This document shows, in pieces, positions 1 through 41,600 of a stretch of 64,000 nucleotides of DNA. The notes under the pieces are model-generated. The model saw only the letters and a list, made by a program, of their open reading frames with translations, made no database searches and was not told where the DNA came from. Numbering within the stretch: the first letter of the stretch is position 1; the number at the start of each line of letters is the position of its first letter. Source of the stretch: Stylophora pistillata (taxonomy: Eukaryota); NCBI RefSeq assembly GCF_002571385.2, contig NW_019217954.1, forward strand, positions 308,510-372,509, read 5' to 3'. Made by a program: the position numbers and the translations under genes.

Positions 1-430
1 AATTGAACAAATTGCTGGCGGCAAGAAAAGTAGCTTTTAAACCACTGCAGAGTTACGTTACGGATAACATAGTGCTCCAAGCTGGCAAACAAGATTTGAT
101 GGTCGAGAGTGTCGAATGCTTTGGAAGATCAAGGAAAACACCCACCGCTGTTCCGTGATGGTCGATTGCAGAAGCAATTTTATTTACCAAATGAATTAGC
201 GCCACATCGAGTGATTTTTCCGAAATCCGAACTGAAAGCGGTAAAGTGTATCGTGTTTTTCGGCAAATTATGTATGATATTTTCGAAAACTGATTTCGAA
301 AAATTAGGCAATAAAGAAATAGGTCTATAGTTTACAAAAAAGCTAAAATCCTCTATTTAGAAAACGGGATCATTTTGGCGATTTTAGGTTGTCCGGGAAG
401 ATTTCTTTTAACAGAGATAGATTGATAATA
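1..430 (-). mobile_element. Decayed LINE (L2/CR1-like) reverse transcriptase fragment
   Basis: The reverse complement matches the RT fragment at about 2080-2505 (KIAK..P.FK, YRPISLL, GVFLDL.KAFDT-type motifs), with frameshifts. Confidence 0.8.
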
Positions 431-554
431 TAATAAATAAAGGTCTTTTTTAAGAATGATTGTGCAAACAGACGTGCCACAATTAACATGAATAACATGA
501 ATAAAATGAATAAGGAAAAAGAAAAGGTATTAATTACTATTGAAAAGACATCTA

Positions 555-931
555 TTAATAAAAACTGATTTAAAACGGCTTGTCTGGACCTTAGGCAAAA
601 TATTTAGTATACAGTGACACGAAATCCCACCTAAAGTGTATACTAGATAAATTGGATATATCAACAAAGTTGAAATGGTAAATTGGCCACCGTAATGATT
701 ACAAAAGCTGACGTTTCGAGCGTTAGCCCTTCATCGGAGCGAAGGGCTCCGACGAAGGGCTAACGCTCGAAACGTCAGCTTTTGTAATCATTACGGTGGC
801 CAATTTACCATTTCAACTTTGTTGATATATCCAATTTATCTAGTATACACTTTAGGTGGGATTTCGTGTCACTGTATACTAAATATTTTGCCTAAGGTCC
901 AGACAAGCCGTTTTAAATCAGTTTTTATTAA
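555..931. repeat. Near-perfect palindrome of 186-bp arms with a 5-nt spacer, built on a Penelope-type hammerhead repeat
   Basis: 555-740 is the reverse complement of 746-931, with one mismatch at 733. The spacer is gaagg. Confidence 0.95.
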
Positions 932-1192
932 ACGGATAAATTAATAATAAATTAGTATTTATTAAACGGATGTTGATACCAAACAGTTTAGATCCTAGAC
1001 AGTTCAGTAAACAATCAGAACATCAATTTGCCCTGAGTAAGATTTCAGGTTCTCCTCGAAACATTTTTGCTCGAAGCTTTGTTTAGTCGCGTGCTCTGGA
1101 ATGTCCTAAAAAACTCCTGATCTATATTTTTCGATCAGTATAATGGGGTCACTTGTTAAACCATGATAATTTGTTGATGATGAGATATCACA

Positions 1193-1369
1193 GAGGGCAT
1201 CAAAGGGATTCACAAATAGCCGTAAAACTCGGTGAGGTTAATCGATAGCCGTAGAGCGCCGCAAAAAATAGCCGTTAGTAAACTTTGACAAATTTTAACC
1301 GACAGTCGTAGAAAAAGTTCACCGTAAAAGAAATTTCTGGCGGCAAGAATGGACTCCGTTGAGACCCTC
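1193..1369. mobile_element. Decayed MITE related to the element at 4939-5442
   Basis: GAGGG...GAGACCCTC ends and internal ccgt(a/t)a repeats. Confidence 0.5.
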
Positions 1370-2046
1370 TACCTTGTCCGTTTTTTCACGAACCTTACCT
1401 ACCTTGTCCTTGCGGGGGCCCATAACCAAAGAATAAATTATCATAATTTTAGCACAAAACGCTAGAAAAGACTGCTAATAGCAACGTAAGTTGAGGTACA
1501 CACTGGTTGGGAGCAAGGTAAAAGTTATTTGAAACGGTCTCGATGACAAACACGTATATCAAACGTAAAAAATAAAAAATCTCTATAGCTTGATAATGAG
1601 ACAGTTTTATAAATAACAAAATGTTGAATCTTACATGTGGGCTAGTAAGCTTTGAGAAAATTAACCGTTGGTTAGAACGATTTAAATATAGGTAAGCTAA
1701 CCCCGTTTTATGTCGGTCATTTCAGAATGCTTTAATATCAGACTGCGAAATGGCTCTTCTAGCTTGTAAACGAAGTACAGCCTATCTTCAGCAGGTGGTG
1801 CAAAATTTGATTAATGAGACTAGTTTGTTTTTTTTTGGTCATTAACTCATTCCAATTACATCTTCCAGGCCTTCATTTTATTTCAAAGCTTGCCGGTAAT
1901 ACTGATTGGCAATAATAGTGATGTTGAGTAGTCTTGCTGCACAATTAAAATGACTGTTATGTGGCGCCAAATGTCTTTTGATTATTTAGGGAGTAGTGAT
2001 TATTTAGAGGGCGGTTATAAGTATTAGTCAATATATATCCCCAGGC

Positions 2047-3040
2047 ATGTCACTAATTTCGGCTCCTTTGCCAGATATCATCAATCTATCTCTAGTAAAA
2101 GAAACTTTCCCGGAAAAACTTCAAATCGCTAAAATTACTCCCGTCTTCAAAGCAGAGGATTCCAGCTTTTTTGTCAACTACAGACCTATTTCTTTGTTGC
2201 CTAATTTTTGCAAATTTTTCGAAAATATATATAACTAGCCGAAAAACACGATACACTTTACCGCTGTCAGTTCGGATTTCGGAAAAATCACTCGTTATCG
2301 CACGCGCTAATTCATTTGGCAAATAAAATTGCTGCTGCAATCGACCATCGCGGAACAACGATGGGTGTTTTCCTTGATCTTCCAAAGCTTTCGACACTCT
2401 CGACCATCAAATCTTGTTTGCCAACTTGGAGCACTATGTTATACGTGACATGGCTCTACAGTGGTTTAAAAGCTACTTTTCTTGCCGCCAGCAATTTGTC
2501 CAATTCAATCATGCTTGCTCTCTACTGCAAACTATCAAGTGTGGTGTCCCTCAAGGTTCGATATGAGGCCCACTATTGTTTATTCTATACATAAATGACC
2601 TAGATCTTCTTTTCGCTAGATCTGCTTTTCGCTGATGACACCAGTATCTTTTATTCTCACTGAAACCCAAATTGCTTAGAATCCGTACCTAATGATGAAC
2701 TCCAAAATTTTGATATTTGGCTAAAATGTAATCTCAAGCAATTTACAATTCTCTACCAATGTCCTAAAATTTTGAACTCTCTCCCTATTTCAGTGACTCG
2801 TTCGTTAAACTTACTTAGCTTTAAGACGAAAATGTAAAAGTTTTTACTTAAATAATCACTGAATCGGCTAAGCCGCACATTCGCAGCACTTTTTCTTTAC
2901 TTGATTTATTATTGTGAGTGAGGTGGCTGTCCCATACAGGTCAGGTGGCTCCCTGGGTCTCCTCACCTTCTAGCAATTAACACTAATTAAGTCTTTGTAT
3001 TGTTAAAATGACATAAAAAAATAAAGATGATGATGATGAT
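2047..3040 (+). mobile_element. 5'-truncated LINE (L2/CR1-like) with RT remnants and a (GAT)n tail
   Basis: Translates to IINLSL, KIAKITPVFK, NYRPISLLP, GVFLDL, CGVPQGS, YINDL and FADDT across frameshifts. AATAAA is followed by gatgatgat at about 3020-3040. Confidence 0.85.
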
Positions 3041-3105
3041 AATTATTTACAAAAACTTTTTCTTTATAACATTTAACGACAAAAGTAAACAGTAAAACAT
3101 GTTTC

Positions 3106-3147
3106 AAACGACGTTTCGACCGCGTTTTACGGTCATTTATCAAGTTT
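3106..3147 (-). other. Degenerate minimal hammerhead-like motif (Penelope-type)
   Basis: Minus strand reads AAAC-UUGAUAAAU-GACCG(loop)CGGUC-GAAA-CG-UC-GUUU. Stems I and II pair, but the CUGANGA box has diverged. Confidence 0.5.
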
Positions 3148-4938
3148 TAAAAGTTAAAGTAACACATGGGCATATATACAAAGAGCGAAAATATGCGAAA
3201 CGGGTATTTGAAAACACGATGTGTAAAAGAATTTTAATGTGCGAATAGAGGGGTTAAAAAAATGACGAACAGCAAATGCAAGGGAAGCAAAGAAAAAGAG
3301 ATGCAGAGTGCCTAAACAAGCGTGGTCATATTTAAAGCACCACTTTACAGTTTTGTTGTTTCTAAATCATTAAAAGGCGAAACAGGTTATTTAACAAACT
3401 GATGACCAAAAATACACATGTGGTTATTGGAAAGACTCCAGAATACTCCCATACCATTCAAAACAAAGCCATAGTCCCTAAGGCGATCTTTTACTTTCAT
3501 AATTGTTCCCGTTCATCCAAGAACTTTTGCTATCCAGACGACAAAGGGATAGAAAACAAGCGAAGAAATGAACGTTTGTTACAATAACAAAATATTGTCA
3601 ATACTGCAAAGGTACCTTTGAAGAACCACATTTTCGGCGAAGTTTTTCTGCTTCACCAGTTTTTCGTTTCCTTGAGTATGATGATGCATTTTGAAACGGT
3701 ATAAACTACAATCAACGCACTTTGCGCGGGAAACTGCGCCGTAGGTATATTGTCAGTTGCGCTATAAATGTATGTAAATGCAACGAGTCATACACCGAGG
3801 CGAAATGATCTACCAGCAATTCCAATCATAACAAAAACAAAATAATTTGGATATATCAACAAAGTTGAAATGTTAAACTGGCCACCGTAATGATTACAAA
3901 GCTGAAACAAGACCACAATTCTACTCTGGTTTCTTACGATTTTTTTCTATCCGTCTTCTTTGTTTTCACTGAACTCAAATGGTGTATCTACGGACTCGCG
4001 CAAAGAGTAAATCCCTTTCGACAACAACAAACATGCAAATCATTGTAATGGTATTCCCGCGAAAAAGCAAAGGAGAAGGTTAAAATCAGGTTTTTAACTA
4101 TATCTCGCTGGCACTTTTTGATTTAAGATTAATTTTTCACCAAACTATAGATTAATTGTTTGAGCTGGAGAATGAGCGACAAAACTTTTTATTCCGCAAA
4201 ATTTGGCATCTGAACGTCTTCAGCAACCTTTTTAAAGAGGAAGTGAACGCTGAAATTTGTATTTTTTGCATTTATTTCTAGTTAACTTTAGAGGAGTGAG
4301 ATAAACTCTCTTTGGTTAATTTCCGTTCACTTCTTGTTTTTCACGAGAAAATTTGATTTGAAGTTGCCTTTTTTTCCGCTCTTGCGGCTAAGACCGTAGT
4401 CTCAAAACGATTAGCAGCGGTCGAATATAACGTTAGTGGTGGGGACCTAACTTGAGAAGGCCTCATGTGAAAGTTCAAACCTAAACGCTTTTCGCACTTC
4501 ACTTTGCAAATATGAATTTGAAAGTATTCAGTCGTGGAGTGAATCGGTGCACCCGCCACCCTCTCCGTACAGCCGCACAGATTAACCAAGCGCTGGATAC
4601 CGCCGGAGCCCAGTTCAGTAAAAATTAGTCATCACACATACACCTCTCCAAATAAAGAAAGACATTGAAAACCGGCTTACCTACATCAGAAATCATGGTT
4701 GTTCGTTACCATGAGTTTATCACCCATAAATAATTACTGCGTCCCACTCGCTCTTATCGTGTGCTGTCTTAAGTGTTTGATATANGTCTGCTTTGGCTCA
4801 GAAATTCCCATTCCACCCTCCATTCAGGTAACACCAGTAAGAGCCTCCATGAATTTTTGGTTAACATCGTTAGGCCCGCAAAAAGAACCAAGGGAGCGCA
4901 CAAAACAACTCTCGGTACAGGAACAGTGTGTTTACTAA

Positions 4939-5442
4939 GAGGGTCTCAATGGGGGGGGGAGGGGGGGGAAAGAGAAGCCCTTTTGACAGTTAAATCTAAG
5001 GTTATTTGACGGTTGATGGCTAAGTTTTTGGAATGTCATTTCTAAATGAACTAAACGCGCGAGTTGTCTGCAATTTTTCGTAATGACGCGTTTGTAAAGA
5101 ACTGTTAATTTATAACACCTTTTATTCATTAATAACTAAGGTTTTACGACACCGGAAGTCAGTTCTGTCGCTAACCGGGACTAATCGCGCCTTAAGAGTT
5201 AAAGGACTTATATAAATGTATTTTTGTGATATATCAAAACTTTTATCTATAAACAACAGAACTTGACCCCAATTAAGGCGATCGTTTAGTTCTTAATTAA
5301 GGATATCGGAGACATTTGACGGCTAACACTGGCTTGTTTATTTGACGATTGACGGTTGACGGTAAAAATATTGCGTTTTTGACAGTCGACGATTGATGTT
5401 TTGGCCATTTGACGGTTGACGATTAACCCCATTGAGACCCTC
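4939..5442. mobile_element. MITE with GAGGGTCTCAATGGGG terminal inverted repeats and a 6-bp TSD (tactaa)
   Basis: TIRs at 4939 and 5427-5442. tactaa at 4933-4938 and 5443-5448. Internal tgacggt repeats. Confidence 0.85.
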
Positions 5443-5700
5443 TACTAATGTCCATTTGGAAAAGTAGTTTTGATTTCACTCTTTTTTGATATATAGAGAT
5501 GTGAATATTCAAAAACTTTTACTCAATATGAAGACTTGATTGTTACAAAGCAAGCAATAGAGCGCTGTTTCCATGTTATTGAAGAATGCTGGGAAAGGCT
5601 CGCGCCATCCTGTTTGAGTTAGTCGGCTGGAGTTCCCAATGAGGCCGATGCTCACCATTTTTCTTGAATTTTTACCTACTTTACAGAAACAAATACAAAC

Positions 5701-6390
5701 ATGGGACGTGTTACAGTCATTTTTCTCGTGGTGTGTCTAATTGCCGCTGTCCTGGACGAAAGGTGAGTAGCTTGCCATATGAATACATGTGGTGACATCA
5801 TCACGCAGAGGATATGGGACAAGGGCAAATTATTGACCACCAAATTTCTCAAAAAGGTCTAAAATGAACATAGAGTTAGAAAATGGGAGTTAGACATCCT
5901 TTAAAATACCGGTCCCCGGTCAATTCCATCTCACTAACTCTCGCTGGTAAAAGAAAACAGCAACAAAAAAAAAAGACAATCTGAACAATTAAAAGGAACA
6001 CATGATTTCGCTTCACCCCTTAACATTTTCTGACAGAGCCTGTTTCTGAAAGACCTGAGGGACAAACCTAAAAATGCGAAAATTAGTTACAAACATAAGA
6101 TTCTCCTGACAATGACAATGAAATAATTCCGTATACAGACTGACAAAAAAGGAAGTTAACGGATGGGCACGGCTCTCGATCCCTTCTTTGTTTTCAGTGA
6201 CGCTTGGCGTCGTCGACGAAGGAGACCACCTCTTCATAATCGTTTAATCGCCCAAGAGCGTGACCAGACATATGGCGAGGAGATGAAAAAGGAGAAAGGA
6301 ATAAGCCCAGAGGAAAACATGGATATTGAGCCGGGAACTGAGTTCCAAGATCAGGAAAATGAAAATTATTACCTTGATCATGAAATCTGA
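5701..6390 (+). CDS. Small secreted Arg-rich precursor peptide, 84 aa (exons 5701-5762 and 6198-6390)
   Basis: ATG in aaacATGG context. A hydrophobic signal exon ends AG|gtgag, and a polypyrimidine tttcag| acceptor joins it in frame. Product: MGRVTVIFLVVCLIAAVLDESDA-WRRRRRRPPLHNRLIAQERDQTYGEEMKKEKGISPEENMDIEPGTEFQDQENENYYLDHEI*. An upstream acceptor at about 5686 suggests a 5'UTR intron. Confidence 0.8.
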
Positions 6391-6937
6391 TTTGCTCGAG
6401 GACGTTTGCTCTTGACGTTTCCAGTTTTTGTAGATCCTCAAAGGCATAACTTCAGACATATATTTAAATCTCATCCATGTCTTGGAAAAAATTTTCATGG
6501 AATATACTCAACACTCATTACTCGTGTGAACTGTGTTCGTTTGTGTTTTTATATGAAGTAAAAAAAAAAACTTGGCTCAAGGAAGTGTTACCCTTTCGTA
6601 TTTGTCTTCACTTCATGATAAGCACACAAAAACACCGTCTCGAATTCAATCAAGGACGAAGTTATAAACACCTTTCAATTTACCACCTCGACTTTAAAGG
6701 ATGAAGGCTAATTGGTCCTAATTGTGAGAAGAAAACGCAACAAGGAATATCCCCTATGCCTACAATCACAATCTGTCCTCACCAGCTCTTGATGGTGAAA
6801 TAATTATTTACACTTGTTGTATTTCTCTGACTAAGTTTATTGCTGAAGTGTTTTTAACCATAAAGGTCCGTGGAAAAAGTCACAATCAACAAAATATAGA
6901 AATAATAGACAGCCAAAATATCAATTCGGCATCGAAT

Positions 6938-7178
6938 GACTCTTGGAAACTTCCTACTCCTACTCCGTTTCCAGCTTGGCTTCGCCAAGCCACAAGCAGA
7001 TTACTACTTAGTTCAAAATCGTCCTTCTGACCAAGTCCCAAAGAGTGACCTAGTAACTAGCAATGAAAGAGAGAATAAGAGAGAAATGGAGTAAAAGGAT
7101 AACGTGGATATTGAGCTGGGAATCTATATCAACGATTATGATGAGATAAACTCATTGGAAGAAGAAAGCTTATTTTGA
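6938..7178 (+). pseudogene. Decayed tandem paralog of exon 2 of the secreted peptide gene
   Basis: aggataacgtggatattgagctgggaa (7096-7122) matches 6311-6337 at 24 of 27 bases. Also ttcaaaatcgt vs ttcataatcgt and gactcttgg (DSW) vs gacgcttgg (DAW). Contains a frameshift and a TAA. Confidence 0.65.
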
Positions 7179-8660
7179 TTCAACAGGGTGGGTTTTAACC
7201 CAGTTTGGTTTCTACAGAGTCTCGGGCTTTGCTGAAGAAACACTTTAGTCGCACGCTCACTTTTTTGGGTGAATTGAAATTAACACTTCTTTGAACGGAA
7301 ATTTAGTTTATTCGTGTTTATGAGTGAAAGTGCAGCTAACAGTGAGATCAAACACATTTGAAGTATGTGGCAAACCAGGAAAAAAATGAACATCGTGGGT
7401 AACTATTAAAGCTAGAGTTCCCTACCTACCTAAAAAATTCTACATCTAATTCTAGATCTCTTCTCAAGAGTGGTCTAAGGCGCAAAACCAAGGGACCTGT
7501 TCTTAAATGAAGACCGGAGTCTCTAACGGAACTGTGGTTCTGAGTCAGCGTGGGTGTAACAAAATAATTTGATTTAACCCTAAGCAATTAGCCACCGTAA
7601 AGAGCTTCGAAAGCAGACGATTCGGACGTTGGTCCTTCGTAAGAGCGAACCTGCTCTTGGTCCGCTGTGTTTTTACCGAGAGATATAGGTTTTTCTGGCG
7701 CAGTATTTATTCAGTGGTATATAGGTCAGCTTTTGTTCGTACACATTACCAGCATGACTATTTAACAGGTAGGGCAAGGATATACGCCAACTAATGAACT
7801 TCTTTGAGAAGACGGTCTCCACAAATTATGTATGGTGATATTTGGATTGGTCTTGGCAAACTCCATGTCATTGTTATCCCAGGATTTCCAATTACGAACT
7901 TAAATGATTGAGATAACGAAGCTGGCTTGTAGCTAGAGTGAACATTAAAGATATGACATATTATTACCTAATTGATGGGGTGGGTCGGACGACAAAATAA
8001 TCGGCTCGAGGTCACAATATTACGACCGAGAATAGCGATGTACTCAAGTCAAGACCAAGAGCCAAATAATGATGATCCAGCCTGACCAAACTAATTCAAC
8101 TTGTAATTCTTGCTTGACCAAGTCCATACGCACTTTATCATATCACCAACACTATTTATCTTCATTACTTTTTCTTTGTCTTTTGGAAACGGCCTTGCTC
8201 CCGCTTAAGCCCACGGCCCTCATAGGGTTTTCTTTCAAAAAACTGTTTTCAAACAAAAGCGCACGTGGTCATGTGATAACAATGGTTTTTAAATATTAAT
8301 GGTCTCTAAGGTCGTTGAATTACTGCTACATAGTAAACATTAAACACGGCTTTACATACGTCTCACATCATGTTTCAGGAAGTAGCTCTCGTGGTCAGCA
8401 AACCTGAACATGTTCCATACAAGGAATTCAACGACATCACGTGATGTGATACAGTTGAACAAGAAATAGAGGATTAATAATGAGAAAGAGAAAACAACAC
8501 ATGACAATAAAGGATCAAATTCCTTGAAAGGAGGTAGTTGTTTCGATTCGACATCTCAGGGGAGGGAGAGGGGGAGGGGATGAGGAGGGGGAGCAAACTT
8601 CTAATCACAGTTCTTATTCACATTCGAAGTTGCATTTTCTCTTGGTTTCTGAGCCACAGT

Positions 8661-38413
<29,753 letters not shown>

Positions 38414-38619
38414 TTTCTGGCGCTTGCAATCAAAGCTATTCCAGACGGTGCCAAGCGCGTGCGCTACTGTTTCCCATGAGGCGATGTTCACCTTAGCGGT
38501 CGTGTACGTGTAATAAGGCTTCCCTTCCGCAAAGGGATCTGGGGACTACACACCTCGATGGTAAGCATCAGAAATGGCAGGTTTATCAAACTGGGGGTAT
38601 TTTTCGTGATTCGCAAGCT
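38414..38619. promoter_or_regulatory. Bidirectional promoter region shared by PRPF40 and DENND5
   Basis: 206 bp between the divergent ATGs. NRF1-like GCGCGTGCGC at 38455-38464 and an ETS-like CTTCCG at 38524-38529. Confidence 0.7.
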
Positions 38620-41600
38620 ATGTCCTCCTCCGGTTGTGGTCGAAGATTTGCTGACTACTTTGTAGTCAGCGGGATAGATCTTGTAACTGGACTAGAAGCT
38701 GATCAATTGTCAGGTTTGTGACAAATTTATACGCAGTTTAATTCGCTGTTCACGATGTGCACATACGAAAGATTTGTCTCAGACCCGTGAGGCAGATGTG
38801 ATTTGCTTGTTTGACAGATCTTATTGATTGATGTGTGCCAGTACTATTGATTAGTGACCATTCAACATTCAGCAATGTTCATGACGCCTCCATGATTTTA
38901 AACTGTAATGTCATGCGATACACAGTTGTTGTTTTATTCTAGAATGTTATAATTTAATATTCTAGATCTTCGTTGTCAGCTCATACTCACTTTGAAATAT
39001 ATTTGTATCCCAACGTCAAGCAGCGACGGTAGTCAATAACAATAAAATCACCGGTTTCCATAGCTGTTAAATTTATACTCAAAATGACCAGTATAGATCG
39101 TAAAATTGATTACAAGTCATGTTAGTTTCCAGGGTAAATTTAATTTCGAAATTATTTTATGTACCACAGAAATAACAAGTGGTTAGGTTTACAGCTGCTG
39201 TTTATTTCCCATGGACAATTTGCACTTGAGAACAAATTTTTCCTCACAACTGCAGATGGTACAAAACTAACAGTTAGATATTTTGTGGATTCATTGCACC
39301 TGTGCAGATTTTTTCTGAACCAAAATTAGCGGTACCTCACACGTACATGTACAGCAATCTTAGTTTTGTCCTTTGTAGAAACTACTTGGTTCCTTTTGTA
39401 TATCATATGTCTAGAATTTGTTTTTTAGTACATGAATTTGTCTAGGTCTAAGAAAGGCTTATGAGATATCACTAATCTTTCCAAACCTGTTGTATGAACA
39501 TAATGTGCATATATTGGCTTCAGTAACTTTCTTATAAGTGTTCCTGTATTGCTTCACCGGCTTGTTATTTGGTGTACTTTGAAAAAAAGCAAGTTGTCAA
39601 GAATTCATTTTGATTCAGTTGTAATAGCCTTACAGTGTTTTTTTTTTGTTTGCTTGTTTGTTTGTTTGGTTTTTTTCTGTATATTATACTTACATGTATT
39701 TTACTTGCAATTAAGACAAAACTAGTCAGCATAATTAACATTTGTGTTGTAATTTATGGTTCAAATATGCACAGTCATACTCTAATGTGTATTGTTTCTA
39801 TATTTACATTTGTGTCCTTGTACATTTTAATCTTGCAAGGCAAAGCTAGTAAATTAAAGACATCACACCATGAACGAATAATAATACATTATTTAGATAT
39901 TTCAATTCCTCTTTTATTGACTTGACATTTGAGTATATGAGAACTTCTTTGCCCTAAAATCTTTTAGCTTTAGCATTTGACTGATGAGTTGCCATTCCAT
40001 TTGTAACAGTAATATACATGTAAAGGGAAGTGATTTAGTCTGTGAGTTTGTTTCCCTTGGTGACAACCATTTGGTTTTAGTGCACAATGTTTCATCCTCA
40101 TCAGACACAATATCATAATAATGAGACACAAAAAAGACTTGCAATGTCTTTTTAACCGGGCTTGAATTGTTTGAAGGTCAATAAAAATCAGTTCAGAGTT
40201 ACTGTGCTATTGTCATGGCGATATGATTTGTTGCGATATGATTACCTTCTTGGTTGAAAAATTTTCAAACCAGTTTCATCTTTAGTTTCCCTGGTTTCAG
40301 GTTATGATAATGGATGAGAAAAAAAGTAAAATAAGAATCAAATTGATGTCAGAAGTTTACACCAAAAAAAAAACAAAGAGCAATAAACTATATTTTGTTA
40401 CTTAAACCAAATTCCAGATCAAATTGATGCCAAACTACTTTGATTTATTCAAATCAAACCACGCCGTTCGTTGAATTTAACTTTACTGAACCTAGGATTT
40501 GTGTTAAGCAGGTTTCGAGTAACTGATCCCAAGAAGATACAGCTATAAAGAGTTAAATGTTATATGAGATATTGCTTGGGATATAGTTGTAGTGAATAAT
40601 TATGTAAGATGTCCAATGTATGTCGTATTAAATTTGCCTGCGCAATTTTCCTAAAGTGGTTGTTTTGTTTTTGACATACATTAATAAGTGACTGGTCCAT
40701 TTTAGGTGACTCTTTGCATATATCTCCTTTGGAACGCTCTTACAAAGCCAAGGTTTTGATGCACTTTCCTTCAAATGTTGACTGGAATCCTTTTGATGAA
40801 GATGCTGTTCGTATGGTAAGCCTACTAACAGACTGAGATTCTCTGAATGATAATTTCAAGAGGGATCATTTACCATTTATATCTTCCTGATTTAGCACAA
40901 AAAATTATCATCATGATAACTTCATCATGTCAAATCTTTCGAGGATGAAATTTCATGATAAAGCTACACATACATAGATTTTAAAATAACAAGCATACAA
41001 ATACTGTGAAGTCTTCAATAATACCAAGCAGCCTTTACTGCAATAGTTTGTCATGGGTTCTTTGTTATGAAACAGTTCTGATTTTTGCTTCTCCTCCTGG
41101 ATACAAAACAAAACAAAAGTCTATCACAGGTCAATCACACTCCCTTCCCAACCCTCCCCCCCTCCTCAGCATTTTGTTGGGCTTTGTTAAGAGTTTGTAG
41201 TACTTGTTTATAGTCATGAGTGAAGAAGGGTCTTTCCCAAGAAAGTATGAAAAACTGAGCCAAATTGTAAATGGATATATCAACAAAGTTGAACTGGTAA
41301 ATTGGCCACCATAATGATTACAAAAGCTGACGTTTCGAGCGTTAGCCCTTCGTGGGAGCGAATAGCTATTCGCTCCGACGAAGGGCTAACGCTCGAAACG
41401 TCAGCTTTTGTAATCATTACAGTGGCCAATTTACCATTTCAACTTTGTTGATATATCCAAATTATTTCGTTATTCCCACCGACGCAGCCCCAAACAGTTT
41501 CTTTCGAAACTTTCAGCCTTTATTCAAATTGTAAATGAATCCATAATACCAGGGCTGCACATAGGATTTTTTGTCTGCAGGAGCAAACTCCACTCACCTT

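Noticed and set aside
4711-4827. Hydrophobic Cys-rich ORF ending at a cag|gtaac donor, a possible second signal-peptide exon
   Set aside because: It contains an N, I found no in-frame downstream exon and there is no recognisable homology. It could be a UTR exon, but I cannot support that.
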